Shown here in pieces: positions 14,301 to 29,024 of a stretch of 64,000 nucleotides of DNA. Source of the stretch: Escherichia coli (GTDB lineage Bacteria > Pseudomonadota > Gammaproteobacteria > Enterobacterales > Enterobacteriaceae); the NCBI RefSeq assembly GCF_003334405.1, contig NZ_QOWM01000001.1; one strand, written 5' to 3'. The notes beneath the pieces are model-generated. The model saw only the letters and a list, made by a program, of their open reading frames with translations, had not been told where the DNA came from and did no database searches. The position numbers were made by a program, and so were the translations under genes. Every line of letters starts with the position of its first letter. Within the stretch, counting starts at the first letter, position 1.

Positions 14301-15054
14301 AGCGGGGCAACTGGCTCAACATGAAGACACTTCTACGGTGCAACTTAGCGGCGATCTGTTTAGCGGGCGCTGGGGCACGGATGGCGAGTGGATGCTTGGG
14401 ATTGTTGGTGGCTACAGCGATAACCAGGGCGACAGCCGCTCGAATATGACCGGAACTCGCGCCGATAACCAGAACCACGGTTATGCCGTTGGGCTGACAT
14501 CAAGCTGGTTTCAGCACGGTAATCAGAAGCAAGGGGCCTGGCTGGATAGCTGGCTGCAATACGCGTGGTTTAGCAATGATGTTTCCGAACAAGAAGATGG
14601 CACAGATCATTACCACTCGTCGGGGATTATCGCCTCGCTGGAGGCGGGGTATCAGTGGTTACCGGGGCGTGGTGTGGTGATTGAACCGCAGGCGCAGGTG
14701 ATTTATCAGGGCGTGCAGCAGGATGATTTTACCGCCGCTAACCGTGCGCGCGTGTCACAATCGCAGGGTGATGATATTCAGACGCGGCTGGGTTTACACA
14801 GCGAATGGCGTACCGCTGTTCATGTCATACCAACATTAGATCTGAATTATTATCACGATCCCCATTCGACGGAAATTGAAGAGGATGGCAGCACTATCAG
14901 TGACGATGCGGTGAAGCAACGGGGTGAAATAAAAGTGGGAGTCACGGGCAATATCAGTCAGCGAGTGTCCCTGCGCGGCAGCGTGGCGTGGCAGAAAGGG
15001 AGTGATGATTTTGCCCAGACGGCAGGGTTTTTGTCGATGACGGTGAAATGGTAA
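11302..15054 (+). CDS. yfaL: adhesin-like autotransporter (type Va) with Pro-rich linker and C-terminal beta-barrel
   Basis: 1250-aa ORF; Gly/Asn/Thr-rich passenger repeats, PDPTPDP linker, terminal aromatic residue (...MTVKW). Confidence 0.9.
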   Translation: MRIIFLRKEYLSLLPSMIASLFSANGVAAVTDSCQGYDVKASCQASRQSLSGITQDWSIADGQWLVFSDMTNNASGGAVFLQQGAEFSLLPENETGMTLFANNTVTGEYNNGGAIFAKENSTLNLTDVIFSGNVAGGYGGAIYSSGTNDTGAVDLRVTNAMFRNNIANDGKGGAIYTINNDVYLSDVIFDNNQAYTSTSYSDGDGGAIDVTDNNSDSKHPSGYTIVNNTAFTNNTAEGYGGAIYTNSVTAPYLIDISVDDSYSQNGGVLVDENNSAAGYGDGPSSAAGGFMYLGLSEVTFDIADGKTLVIGNTENDGAVDSIAGTGLITKTGSGDLVLNADNNDFTGEMQIENGEVTLGRSNSLMNVGDTHCQDDPQDCYGLTIGSIDQYQNQAELNVGSTQQTFVHALTGFQNGTLNIDAGGNVTVNQGSFAGIIEGAGQLTIAQNGSYVLAGAQSMALTGDIVVDDGAVLSLEGDAADLTALQDDPQSIVLNGGVLDLSDFSTWQSGTSYNDGLEVSGSSGTVIGSQDVVDLAGGDNLHIGGDGKDGVYVVVDASDGQVSLANNNSYLGTTQIASGTLMVSDNSQLGDTHYNRQVIFTDKQQESVMEITSDVDTRSDAAGHGRDIEMRADGEVAVDAGVDTQWGALMADSSGQHQDEGSTLTKTGAGTLELTASGTTQSAVRVEEGTLKGDVADILPYASSLWVGDGATFVTGADQDIQSIDAISSGTIDISDGTVLRLTGQDTSVALNASLFNGDGTLVNATDGVTLTGELNTNLETDSLTYLSNVTVNGNLTNTSGAVSLQNGVAGDTLTVNGDYTGGGTLLLDSELNGDDSVSDQLVMNGNTAGNTTVVVNSITGIGEPTSTGIKVVDFAADPTQFQNNAQFSLAGSGYVNMGAYDYTLVEDNNDWYLRSQEVTPPSPPDPDPTPDPDPTPDPDPTPDPEPTPAYQPVLNAKVGGYLNNLRAANQAFMMERRDHAGGDGQTLNLRVIGGDYHYTAAGQLAQHEDTSTVQLSGDLFSGRWGTDGEWMLGIVGGYSDNQGDSRSNMTGTRADNQNHGYAVGLTSSWFQHGNQKQGAWLDSWLQYAWFSNDVSEQEDGTDHYHSSGIIASLEAGYQWLPGRGVVIEPQAQVIYQGVQQDDFTAANRARVSQSQGDDIQTRLGLHSEWRTAVHVIPTLDLNYYHDPHSTEIEEDGSTISDDAVKQRGEIKVGVTGNISQRVSLRGSVAWQKGSDDFAQTAGFLSMTVKW

Positions 15055-15069
15055 TCACTGTCTAGTCGG

Positions 15070-15165
<96 letters not shown>

Positions 15166-15181
15166 CGGCCAAACATCAACC

Positions 15182-15904
15182 TCACTTATTCTGCGTGTGC
15201 AGCATATAGTTCACATCCACGCCGGGGCCGAGTTTAAAAGTATTAGTGATCGGGTTGTAATGCAGCCCAGTGATATGCCGCTCTTTTAAACTGGTCTGAT
15301 CCACCCAGCCCAGCAATTCTGCCGGTTTAATAAACTTCTTCACATCATGCGTGCCTTTGGGCACCATGCGCAAAATATATTCCGCACCAACCACCGCCAT
15401 CAGCCATGACTTGCCGTTGCGGTTAAGTGTCGAGAAAAAGACATCGCCGCCTGGTTTCACCAGTTGCGCACAGGCTCTGACCACTGACTGCGGATCGGGG
15501 ACGTGCTCCAGCATCTCCATGCAGGTCACCACATCATACTGCCCGGCATGTTTTGCCGCGTGCTCTTCCACGGTTTCCTGCACGTAATCCACCTGAATGC
15601 CGCTTTCCAGTGCGTGCAGTTTTGCCACCTGCAATGGCTCAAAGCCCATATCCAGACCGGTCACCGTCGCGCCTTCGCGCGCCATACTCTCGGCCAGAAT
15701 GCCGCCGCCACAACCGACATCGAGCACCTTTTTGCCAAATAAACCGCCAGCACGCTCGGCAATATAGCCCAGACGCAGCGGGTTAATGCGGTGCAGCGGT
15801 TTGAACTCACCTTCCAGATCCCACCAGCGGGAGGCGACGGCTTCAAATTTAGCGATCTCTTCGTGGTCTACGTTATGGTTTACCGGCGATTTTTCGGCAT
15901 TCAT
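15182..15904 (-). CDS. ubiG: bifunctional ubiquinone biosynthesis O-methyltransferase
   Basis: ORF track 256 aa; native start [11 protein letters not shown] at 15904 gives 240 aa; SAM-binding [11 protein letters not shown] motif. Confidence 0.93.
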
Positions 15905-16050
15905 TGGCACTTCTACTCCGTAATTGGCAAGACAAACGAGTATATCAGGCATTGGATGTGAATAAAGCGTATAGGTTTACCTCAAACTGCGCGGCTGTGT
16001 TATAATTTGCGACCTTTGAATCCGGGATACAGTAGAGGGATAGCGGTTAG

Positions 16051-18678
16051 ATGAGCGACCTTGCGAGAGAAATTACACCGGTCAACATTGAGGAAGAGCT
16101 GAAGAGCTCCTATCTGGATTATGCGATGTCGGTCATTGTTGGCCGTGCGCTGCCAGATGTCCGAGATGGCCTGAAGCCGGTACACCGTCGCGTACTTTAC
16201 GCCATGAACGTACTAGGCAATGACTGGAACAAAGCCTATAAAAAATCTGCCCGTGTCGTTGGTGACGTAATCGGTAAATACCATCCCCATGGTGACTCGG
16301 CGGTCTATGACACGATCGTCCGCATGGCGCAGCCATTCTCGCTGCGTTATATGCTGGTAGACGGTCAGGGTAACTTCGGTTCTATCGACGGCGACTCTGC
16401 GGCGGCAATGCGTTATACGGAAATCCGTCTGGCGAAAATTGCCCATGAACTGATGGCCGATCTCGAAAAAGAGACGGTCGATTTCGTTGATAACTATGAC
16501 GGCACGGAAAAAATTCCGGACGTCATGCCAACCAAAATTCCTAACCTGCTGGTGAACGGTTCTTCCGGTATCGCCGTAGGTATGGCAACCAACATCCCGC
16601 CGCACAACCTGACGGAAGTCATCAACGGTTGTCTGGCGTATATTGATGATGAAGACATCAGCATTGAAGGGCTGATGGAACACATCCCGGGGCCGGACTT
16701 CCCGACGGCGGCAATCATTAACGGTCGTCGCGGTATTGAAGAAGCTTACCGTACCGGTCGCGGCAAGGTGTATATCCGCGCTCGCGCAGAAGTGGAAGTT
16801 GACGCCAAAACCGGTCGTGAAACCATTATCGTCCACGAAATTCCGTATCAGGTAAACAAAGCGCGCCTGATCGAGAAGATTGCGGAACTGGTAAAAGAAA
16901 AACGCGTGGAAGGCATCAGCGCGCTGCGTGACGAGTCTGACAAAGACGGTATGCGCATCGTGATTGAAGTGAAACGCGATGCGGTCGGTGAAGTTGTGCT
17001 CAACAACCTCTACTCCCAGACCCAGTTGCAGGTTTCTTTCGGTATCAACATGGTGGCATTGCACCATGGTCAGCCGAAGATCATGAACCTGAAAGACATC
17101 ATCGCGGCGTTTGTTCGTCACCGCCGTGAAGTGGTGACCCGTCGTACTATTTTCGAACTGCGTAAAGCTCGCGATCGTGCTCATATCCTTGAAGCATTAG
17201 CCGTGGCGCTGGCGAACATCGACCCGATCATCGAACTGATCCGTCATGCGCCGACGCCTGCAGAAGCGAAAACTGCGCTGGTTGCTAATCCGTGGCAGCT
17301 GGGCAACGTTGCCGCGATGCTCGAACGTGCTGGCGACGATGCTGCGCGTCCGGAATGGCTGGAGCCAGAGTTCGGCGTGCGTGATGGTCTGTACTACCTG
17401 ACCGAACAGCAAGCTCAGGCGATTCTGGATCTGCGTTTGCAGAAACTGACCGGTCTTGAGCACGAAAAACTGCTCGACGAATACAAAGAGCTGCTGGATC
17501 AGATCGCGGAACTGTTGCGTATTCTTGGTAGCGCCGATCGTCTGATGGAAGTGATCCGTGAAGAGCTGGAGCTGGTTCGTGAACAGTTCGGTGACAAACG
17601 TCGTACTGAAATCACCGCCAACAGCGCAGACATCAACCTGGAAGATCTGATCACCCAGGAAGATGTGGTCGTGACGCTCTCTCACCAGGGCTACGTTAAG
17701 TATCAGCCGCTTTCTGAATACGAAGCGCAGCGTCGTGGCGGGAAAGGTAAATCTGCCGCACGTATTAAAGAAGAAGACTTTATCGACCGACTGCTGGTGG
17801 CGAACACTCACGACCATATTCTGTGCTTCTCCAGCCGTGGTCGCGTCTATTCGATGAAAGTTTATCAGTTGCCGGAAGCCACTCGTGGCGCGCGCGGTCG
17901 TCCGATCGTCAACCTGCTGCCGCTGGAGCAGGACGAACGTATCACTGCGATCCTGCCAGTGACCGAGTTTGAAGAAGGCGTGAAAGTCTTCATGGCGACC
18001 GCTAACGGTACCGTGAAGAAAACTGTCCTCACCGAGTTCAACCGTCTGCGTACCGCCGGTAAAGTGGCGATCAAACTGGTTGACGGCGATGAGCTGATCG
18101 GCGTTGACCTGACCAGCGGCGAAGACGAAGTAATGCTGTTCTCCGCTGAAGGTAAAGTGGTGCGCTTTAAAGAGTCTTCTGTCCGTGCGATGGGCTGCAA
18201 CACCACCGGTGTTCGCGGTATTCGCTTAGGTGAAGGCGATAAAGTCGTCTCTCTGATCGTGCCTCGTGGCGATGGCGCAATCCTCACCGCAACGCAAAAC
18301 GGTTACGGTAAACGTACCGCAGTGGCGGAATACCCAACCAAGTCGCGTGCGACGAAAGGGGTTATCTCCATCAAGGTTACCGAACGTAACGGTTTAGTTG
18401 TTGGCGCGGTACAGGTAGATGACTGCGACCAGATCATGATGATCACCGATGCCGGTACGCTGGTACGTACTCGCGTTTCGGAAATCAGCATCGTGGGCCG
18501 TAACACCCAGGGCGTGATCCTCATCCGTACTGCGGAAGATGAAAACGTAGTGGGTCTGCAACGTGTTGCTGAACCGGTTGACGAGGAAGATCTGGATACC
18601 ATCGACGGCAGTGCCGCGGAAGGGGACGATGAAATCGCTCCGGAAGTGGACGTTGACGACGAGCCAGAAGAAGAATAA
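16051..18678 (+). CDS. gyrA: DNA gyrase subunit A
   Basis: 875-aa ORF; [15 protein letters not shown] with Ser83/Asp87; active-site region AAMRYTEIR; acidic C-terminal tail. Confidence 0.97.
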
Positions 18679-18826
18679 TTTTACTTCTTCATGCCAAAAG
18701 GGAGCTATCTCCCTTGTTTGAATTGAAAAGTCCAGGCTGCAAAGTCTGGGCTTTTGTCGTATTAGGGCACGGTAAAGTTTGGCTGTGCCCGTAAAAAATG
18801 GCTGGCTATACACAAGGAATGTGGCA

Positions 18827-22478
<3,652 letters not shown>

Positions 22479-24128
22479 GTGAACTGGCGCAGAATCGTCT
22501 GGCTATTGGCGTTGGTTACTCTGCCAACACTTGCGGAGGAGACGCCGTTACAACTGGTGCTGCGCGGTGCGCAGCACGATCAACTGTATCAGCTGTCGTC
22601 ATCAGGCGTGACCAAAGTCTCAGCATTACCTGACTCGCTCACCACGCCGTTAGGGAGTTTGTGGAAACTGTATGTTTACGCCTGGCTGGAGGATACCCAT
22701 CAACCGGAGCAGCCCTACCAGTGTCGCGGAAACTCCCCGGAAGAGGTTTATTGTTGTCAGGCTGGGGAGAGCATAACGCGCGATACCGCGCTGGTACGTT
22801 CCTGTGGGCTCTATTTTGCGCCGCAGCGGTTGCATATTGGCGCAGATGTGTGGGGGCAATACTGGCAACAGCGTCAGGCACCTGCGTGGTTAGCGTCTCT
22901 GACTACGCTGAAGCCAGAAACCTCGGTAACGGTTAAATCGCTGCTTGATTCATTAGCGACGTTACCCGCGCAAAACAAAGCTCAGGAAGTCTTACTGGAT
23001 GTGGTGCTGGACGAGGCGAAAATCGGTGTCGCATCCATGCTCGGTAGTTGGGTACGGGTGAAAACCTGGAGCTGGTTTGCCGATGATAAACAGGAAATCC
23101 GTCAGGGTGGTTTTGCTGGCTGGTTAACCGATGGTACACCGCTGTGGGTTACTGGCAGTGGCACCAGCAAAACGGTACTAACCCGTTATGCGACGGTGCT
23201 TAATCGGGTTTTGCCAGTGCCGACGCAGGTTGCCAGTGGGCAATGTGTAGAGGTGGAGCTGTTTGCCCGCTATCCGCTGAAGAAAATCACAGCGGAAAAG
23301 AGTACGACGGCAGTAAATCCCGGCGTACTTAATGGGCGCTATCGTGTGACGTTTACTAATGGTAACCACATTACGTTTGTCAGCCACGGTGAGACGACCT
23401 TACTGAGCGAAAAGGGCAAACTGAAATTGCAGTCGCATCTCGATCGTGAAGAGTACGTTGCCAGAGTTCTGGATCGCGAGGCGAAAAGTACGCCCCCTGA
23501 GGCAGCGAAAGCCATGACCGTGGCGATTCGCACTTTTTTACAGCAAAACGCCAATCGGGAAGGCGATTGCCTGACCATCCCCGACAGCAGCGCCACGCAG
23601 CGTGTTTCTGCTTCGCCAGCGACCACGGGGGCGCGAACGATGACCGCCTGGACGCAGGATCTCATCTATGCAGGCGATCCGGTTCATTATCATGGCAGTC
23701 GCGCTACCGAAGGGACACTTTTCTGGCGGCAAGCCACGGCCCAGGCGGGGCAGGGAGAGCGTTACGATCAGATACTCGCGTTTGCTTATCCCGACAACAG
23801 TCTTAGCCGCTGGGGAGCGCCACGCTCAACCTGCCAGTTATTACCCAAAGCGAAAGCCTGGCTGGCGAAAAAAATGCCGCAGTGGCGGCGTATATTACAA
23901 GCTGAGACGGGGTACAACGAACCAGACGTGTTTGCGGTTTGCCGTTTAGTCTCAGGTTTCCCCTATACCGATCGGCAGCAGAAACGGCTGTTTATTCGTA
24001 ACTTCTTTACGCTTCAGGATCGGCTGGATTTAACCCATGAGTATCTGCACCTGGCCTTTGATGGTTATCCCACCGGGCTTGATGAGAACTATATCGAAAC
24101 GCTGACCCGACAATTATTAATGGACTAA
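22479..24128 (+). CDS. yfaQ: uncharacterised exported protein (DUF2300 family by memory)
   Basis: 549-aa ORF starting at GTG immediately after yfaS TAA; signal peptide MNWRRIVWLLALVTLPTLAEE. Confidence 0.85.
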   Translation: MNWRRIVWLLALVTLPTLAEETPLQLVLRGAQHDQLYQLSSSGVTKVSALPDSLTTPLGSLWKLYVYAWLEDTHQPEQPYQCRGNSPEEVYCCQAGESITRDTALVRSCGLYFAPQRLHIGADVWGQYWQQRQAPAWLASLTTLKPETSVTVKSLLDSLATLPAQNKAQEVLLDVVLDEAKIGVASMLGSWVRVKTWSWFADDKQEIRQGGFAGWLTDGTPLWVTGSGTSKTVLTRYATVLNRVLPVPTQVASGQCVEVELFARYPLKKITAEKSTTAVNPGVLNGRYRVTFTNGNHITFVSHGETTLLSEKGKLKLQSHLDREEYVARVLDREAKSTPPEAAKAMTVAIRTFLQQNANREGDCLTIPDSSATQRVSASPATTGARTMTAWTQDLIYAGDPVHYHGSRATEGTLFWRQATAQAGQGERYDQILAFAYPDNSLSRWGAPRSTCQLLPKAKAWLAKKMPQWRRILQAETGYNEPDVFAVCRLVSGFPYTDRQQKRLFIRNFFTLQDRLDLTHEYLHLAFDGYPTGLDENYIETLTRQLLMD

Positions 24129-24132
24129 TGCT

Positions 24133-24909
24133 ATGCGAAAGATTTTTCTTCCGTTGTTACTGGTGGCGCTTTCGCCTGTCGCTCACAGTGAAGGTGTGCA
24201 GGAAGTCGAGATTGATGCACCGCTCTCAGGCTGGCATCCGGCAGAGGGCGAAGATGCCAGTTTTTCACAATCGATCAATTACCCGGCGTCGTCCGTCAAC
24301 ATGGCAGATGATCAAAATATCTCAGCGCAGATCCGCGGCAAAATAAAGAATTATGCTGCGGCGGGTAAAGTTCAGCAGGGCCGGCTGGTGGTCAACGGTG
24401 CCAGTATGCCGCAGAGAATTGAATCCGATGGTTCATTTGCACGCCCTTATATTTTCACTGAAGGCAGCAACAGCGTGCAGGTCATCAGCCCGGATGGGCA
24501 AAGCCGACAAAAAATGCAGTTTTACTCAACGCCGGGTACAGGAACGATTCGTGCACGTTTACGGCTGGTTCTCTCGTGTGATACGGACAATACCGACCTC
24601 GACCTTCACGTTGTTACGCCCGATGGCGAACACGCCTGGTACGGTAACACCGTGCTGAAAAACAGTGGTGCACTGGATATGGATGTCACGACGGGGTACG
24701 GACCCGAGATTTTCGCCATGCCCGCGCCAATTCACGGGCGCTATCAGGTGTATATCAACTACTATGGTGGGCGCAGCGAAACGGAATTAACCACCGCCCA
24801 ACTGACGCTGATCACCGATGAAGGATCGGTCAATGAGAAACAGGAAACATTTATTGTACCGATGCGTAATGCTGGCGAGCTGACGCTGGTGAAAAGTTTT
24901 GACTGGTGA
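24133..24909 (+). CDS. yfaP: uncharacterised exported protein (DUF2135 family by memory)
   Basis: 258-aa ORF 4 nt after yfaQ stop; signal peptide MRKIFLPLLLVALSPVAHS. Confidence 0.85.
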   Translation: MRKIFLPLLLVALSPVAHSEGVQEVEIDAPLSGWHPAEGEDASFSQSINYPASSVNMADDQNISAQIRGKIKNYAAAGKVQQGRLVVNGASMPQRIESDGSFARPYIFTEGSNSVQVISPDGQSRQKMQFYSTPGTGTIRARLRLVLSCDTDNTDLDLHVVTPDGEHAWYGNTVLKNSGALDMDVTTGYGPEIFAMPAPIHGRYQVYINYYGGRSETELTTAQLTLITDEGSVNEKQETFIVPMRNAGELTLVKSFDW

Positions 24910-24982
24910 TTAATGGGGTTACCTTCGCCGTCGATGTTCAAGAAAACACCCGATAACTTTCGCTATCGGGTGTTTTTATTGA

Positions 24983-26167
24983 TTAATTCAACCGTTCAAT
25001 CACCATCGCAATTCCCTGACCGCCGCCAATGCACAGTGTTGCCAGCCCCAGCGTTTTATCGCGTGCCTGCATGGCATGTAATAGTGTGACCAGAATACGA
25101 GCACCACTGGCACCGATAGGATGCCCGAGCGCGATGGCCCCGCCGTTGACATTCACTTTCTCAGAATCAAAGCCCAGGTTTTTCCCAACGGCAAGGAACT
25201 GTGCAGCAAATGCTTCATTAGCCTCAATGAGATCAATATCCGCCAGTTGCAGCCCCGCCAGTTGTAACGCTTTTTGCGTGGCAGGTACTGGCCCCATACC
25301 CATCAATGCGGGGGGCACGCCACCGCTGGCATAACTTTTAATGCGAGCCAGGGGGGTAAGGCCTGCTGCCAGCGCCGCAGATTCTTCCATAATCACCAGA
25401 GCGGCAGCACCGTCGTTAATACCAGACGCGTTCCCAGCGGTGACTGTTCCTGCTTTATCGAAGGCCGGGCGCAATGCACCTAACGCTTCAGCCGTTGAAT
25501 TCGCTTTCGGGAATTCGTCTTGACTGAAGACGAAGGTTTTCTTTCGAGTGACAACATTTACCGGGACGATTTCGGCTGTAAAAGCACCGGACTCAATTGC
25601 GGCTGCCGCTTTACGCTGTGAATGTAGCGCCAGTTCATCCTGCATTTCACGGGTAATTCCGTACTCTTTAGCCACGTTTTCGGCGGTAATCCCCATATGA
25701 TAACCATGGGTGGCGCACATCAGGCCATCGCGCAGGATTACGTCATAAACCTGTCCGTCTCCAAGACGATAACCAGAGCGTGCTTTTGCATCGAGTAAGT
25801 AGGGGGCTAAACTCATATTTTCCATACCCCCCGCCACAATGCTCTGCGCCTGACCTGCCTGAATGGCCTGGGCGGCAAGCGCCACACTTTTAAGACCCGA
25901 ACCACATACTTTATTGACCGTGAATCCGCACACCGTTTCTGCCAGCCCGCTTTTTAACAGTGCCTGACGCGCCGGATTTTGCCCCAGCCCGGCTTGTAAC
26001 ACGTTACCCATAATCACTTCATCAACGTGTTGTGAATCGATTTTTGCACGTTCAATGGCGGCTTTAATTACTGTCGCCCCCAGGTCGATGGCGCTGGTGG
26101 AAGCGAGTGAACCGTTAAAACTACCGATAGCAGTACGTACCGCACTGACGATGACACAATTTTTCAT
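24983..26167 (-). CDS. atoB: acetyl-CoA acetyltransferase (thiolase II)
   Basis: 394-aa ORF; thiolase active-site context [10 protein letters not shown] and C-terminal CIGGGQGIA. Confidence 0.95.
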   Translation of the reverse strand: MKNCVIVSAVRTAIGSFNGSLASTSAIDLGATVIKAAIERAKIDSQHVDEVIMGNVLQAGLGQNPARQALLKSGLAETVCGFTVNKVCGSGLKSVALAAQAIQAGQAQSIVAGGMENMSLAPYLLDAKARSGYRLGDGQVYDVILRDGLMCATHGYHMGITAENVAKEYGITREMQDELALHSQRKAAAAIESGAFTAEIVPVNVVTRKKTFVFSQDEFPKANSTAEALGALRPAFDKAGTVTAGNASGINDGAAALVIMEESAALAAGLTPLARIKSYASGGVPPALMGMGPVPATQKALQLAGLQLADIDLIEANEAFAAQFLAVGKNLGFDSEKVNVNGGAIALGHPIGASGARILVTLLHAMQARDKTLGLATLCIGGGQGIAMVIERLN

Positions 26168-26197
26168 TTTATATTCCTTCTGTTTGTAGGGGTGCCG

Positions 26198-27520
26198 TCA
26201 GAACAGCGTTAAACCAATGACGAAAATGACACCGGAGAAGAGCAGGGCAGTGATGCAGTAGCCCATGATGTCGCGGACACCGAGTCCGGCGATTGCCAGT
26301 GCTGGCAGCGCCCAGAATGGTTGTGCCATGTTCATCCATTGCTCGCCGTAGGCGATCGCCATTACCGATTTACCGAGATCAGCGCCCAGCGCCTGGGCTG
26401 CGGGTATCACGAAAGGTCCCTGAATAACCCAGTGACCGCCGCCAGACGGAACGGCGAAGTTAATCAGTGCAGAACTAAAAAAGGTCATTACCGGGAAGGT
26501 GTCTTTGTTCGCAACATTGATGAAGAATTCGGTAATGAGTCCGCCCAGACCGGAATGCTCCATCATCAGTTGGATCCCAGCGTAGAAGGGGAATTGCACC
26601 AGAATACCGGCAGTACTGCGTGCTGCCGCGCTGATAGCACGCATATAAGCCATTGGCGTTTTATGTAGCAGCAGACCCGCAATCATAAACATCAGGTTGA
26701 CGGTATTGATGGTGATGTTGAAGCCATGTTCGCTGAAGTACATCGCAAGGTAAGCGATACCGAGTGCGCCGATGATCAACGTCAGAATGCGGCTTTCTTC
26801 CAGTCGCTCGGATGGTGGGGCATCTTTCGGTAGCTGCTTTTGAAAATCAGCCTCTTCCATGAGTAGTTTTGGATCGATACTCACCACGTCAGACGGTTTT
26901 GGCATCATCATGCGGGTGATAAATGGCATCACCACAATCAACGCCACAGTGATGAAAATGTTAAAACCACTGAACAGAGTATCGCCCACCGGGATCAGCC
27001 CGGCGATATGCTCAACCGGGTTGCCCGGTGTTGCAGCCAACAGAGGCATTGATCCAGAGAAGCCGCCACCCCAGGTGAGAAAACCAATGTAGGCGCAGGC
27101 AATGAGCAACGGATAATCAGAACCGGGGACTCGCCGGGCGACTTCACGGGCAAACATTGCGCCGACAACCAAACCAAATCCCCAGTTGATGACACAAGCG
27201 ACTGAACCGAAGAAAGTGACCAGCATGACGCCCTGTACGGGCGTCTTTGCGGCGGAGGCGGCAGTACGCAGCAAACTTTTCACCGGAGCAGAGCTGGCAA
27301 GGGCATGACCGGTAACGATGATAAGCGCCATCTGCATACCAAACGCCAGCAAGTTCCAGAAACCGTCACCCCACATTTTCACCATGCTGATCGGCGTTTG
27401 TGGTGTTAACCAAAGCGCGATCACGAATGTTAGCAATGTCAGCAACATGGCAAAGATCAGTGGATCGGGAAGCCACCGGCTGACAAAACGCGTCATAAAA
27501 CGCGATATGCGACCAATCAT
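26198..27520 (-). CDS. atoE: short-chain fatty acid transporter
   Basis: 440-aa polytopic membrane ORF between atoA and atoB. Confidence 0.9.
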   Translation of the reverse strand: MIGRISRFMTRFVSRWLPDPLIFAMLLTLLTFVIALWLTPQTPISMVKMWGDGFWNLLAFGMQMALIIVTGHALASSAPVKSLLRTAASAAKTPVQGVMLVTFFGSVACVINWGFGLVVGAMFAREVARRVPGSDYPLLIACAYIGFLTWGGGFSGSMPLLAATPGNPVEHIAGLIPVGDTLFSGFNIFITVALIVVMPFITRMMMPKPSDVVSIDPKLLMEEADFQKQLPKDAPPSERLEESRILTLIIGALGIAYLAMYFSEHGFNITINTVNLMFMIAGLLLHKTPMAYMRAISAAARSTAGILVQFPFYAGIQLMMEHSGLGGLITEFFINVANKDTFPVMTFFSSALINFAVPSGGGHWVIQGPFVIPAAQALGADLGKSVMAIAYGEQWMNMAQPFWALPALAIAGLGVRDIMGYCITALLFSGVIFVIGLTLF

Positions 27521-28167
27521 AAATCACCCCGTTGCGTATTCAGATCGGCGGCGACTTCAAACCGAGCTTCTGTTTTGGCACGCACGGTGGCTAAATCACA
27601 CCCGTCGGCAATTTCGGTGAGCCACATTTTGCCGTCAATAAAACGAAAGACAGCCAGTTCAGTAACCAGCATATGCACCGCATGTTGCGCAGTGAGTGGC
27701 ATGGTGCAGCGGCGCAAAATTTTTGCTGAACCATCTTTGGCGCAATGTTCCATGGCGATGATCACTTTGCGCGACCCGGTCACCAGATCCATCGCGCCAC
27801 CCATACCGGGCACCATTTTCCCAGGCACTACCCAGTTCGCGAGGTTTGCTTCTTCGTCTACTTGCAAACCGCCGAGCACGCAGGCATCAATATGACCGCC
27901 ACGGATTAGCGCAAATGACATGGCGCTATCAAACATGGCTGCACCGGGTAAAACACCGCACGGTTGCCCGCCAGCGTTCACCAGATCTGGATGCGCTGTC
28001 GTGACCGGGCCTAAACCGAGGAAGCCGTTTTCCGATTGCAGAGTGATATGAATACCCTCCGGTAAATAATTGGCGACCATTGTGGGTAAACCGATCCCTA
28101 AGTTAACGATGTCACCATCACGAAGCTCTTGCGCCACACGGCGCGCAATACGTTGTTTCGCATCCAT
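27517..28167 (-). CDS. atoA: acetate/acetoacetate CoA-transferase beta subunit
   Basis: 216-aa ORF; 4-nt overlap with atoE start. Confidence 0.93.
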   Translation of the reverse strand: MDAKQRIARRVAQELRDGDIVNLGIGLPTMVANYLPEGIHITLQSENGFLGLGPVTTAHPDLVNAGGQPCGVLPGAAMFDSAMSFALIRGGHIDACVLGGLQVDEEANLANWVVPGKMVPGMGGAMDLVTGSRKVIIAMEHCAKDGSAKILRRCTMPLTAQHAVHMLVTELAVFRFIDGKMWLTEIADGCDLATVRAKTEARFEVAADLNTQRGDL

Positions 28168-28829
28168 TATTTGCTCTCCTGTGAAACGATGATGTGGTCG
28201 ATAACGGCACCAGGGGTGACAATATGGTCAGGTTGCAGCTCGCCGGTTTCGACCAGTTCATCTGGCTCTACCAGCGTGATATCAGCCGCAAGGGCTATCA
28301 GGGGGTTAAAGTTGCGGGCGCTAAGTTGATAGGTCAGGTTGCCAAGTGTGTCGCAACGATGAGCGCGAATTAGCGCCAGGTCGGCGCGCAGTGGGCGTTC
28401 GAGCAGCCAGGTTTTACCGTCGAGTGTCAGTGTCTGTTTGCCTTCCTCTACGACGGTGCCGACACCCGTTGGGGTGAGAAAACCACCAAGTCCAGCTCCA
28501 CCACAGCGAATTTGCTCGATTAGCGTACCTTGCGGCACCAGAACGACGTCCATCTCACCAGATATCATGCGCCGACCTGTTTCCGGGTTGGTGCCGATAT
28601 GTGAAGCAATCACTTTGCGGACTCGACCATTGACGATGAGCGGACCGATGCCGGTATCAACAAACGCGGTATCATTGGCTATCAATGTCAGGTCGCGAAC
28701 ACCAGATTCCAGTAATGCTTCAACCAGGCGGGATGGAGTGCCAATCCCCATAAATCCGCCCACCATGATGGTCATGCCGTCACGAAAGAAGCCGGTGGCG
28801 TCTTGTAATGTCATCAATTTTGTTTTCAT
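28167..28829 (-). CDS. atoD: acetate/acetoacetate CoA-transferase alpha subunit
   Basis: 220-aa ORF; 1-nt overlap with atoA. Confidence 0.93.
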   Translation of the reverse strand: MKTKLMTLQDATGFFRDGMTIMVGGFMGIGTPSRLVEALLESGVRDLTLIANDTAFVDTGIGPLIVNGRVRKVIASHIGTNPETGRRMISGEMDVVLVPQGTLIEQIRCGGAGLGGFLTPTGVGTVVEEGKQTLTLDGKTWLLERPLRADLALIRAHRCDTLGNLTYQLSARNFNPLIALAADITLVEPDELVETGELQPDHIVTPGAVIDHIIVSQESK

Positions 28830-28874
28830 TTTTTATCCCTCTTGCATACACCGTTGTGGGTACAGTCAGGCAAT

Positions 28875-28890
28875 AGCAAGGGGAGTGCCA
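28875..28890 (-). promoter_or_regulatory. sigma54 (-24/-12) promoter of atoDAEB
   Basis: On minus strand TGGCAC-N5-TTGCT (plus strand agcaa-gggga-gtgcca), about 45 nt upstream of atoD ATG. Confidence 0.65.
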
Positions 28891-28972
28891 GAATGAGATT
28901 ATTGGATTTAGTTATTTAACTAATTGAATATGAAGGGATAAATTGGATGGGGATTTATAAGGAGAATGAGCG

Positions 28973-29013
28973 GCTATGCAGAAAATTGCGCACTGTGCAA
29001 ATTTCTGCATAGC
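28973..29013. promoter_or_regulatory. AtoC-type enhancer: perfect 12-bp inverted repeat GCTATGCAGAAA-N17-TTTCTGCATAGC
   Basis: Perfect inverted repeat about 100-140 bp upstream of the sigma54 promoter, in the atoC-atoD spacer. Confidence 0.6.
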
Positions 29014-29024
29014 AAGTTTTGGTG

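Noticed and set aside
16290-16320. gyrA quinolone-resistance-determining region checked for resistance substitutions
   Set aside because: Codons read GDSAVYD (Ser83 TCG, Asp87 GAC), the wild-type susceptible state.
18679-18760. Possible rho-independent terminator after gyrA (ccaggctgcaaagtctgggctttt)
   Set aside because: Inverted repeat is imperfect and short; not confident enough to call without folding energy calculation.
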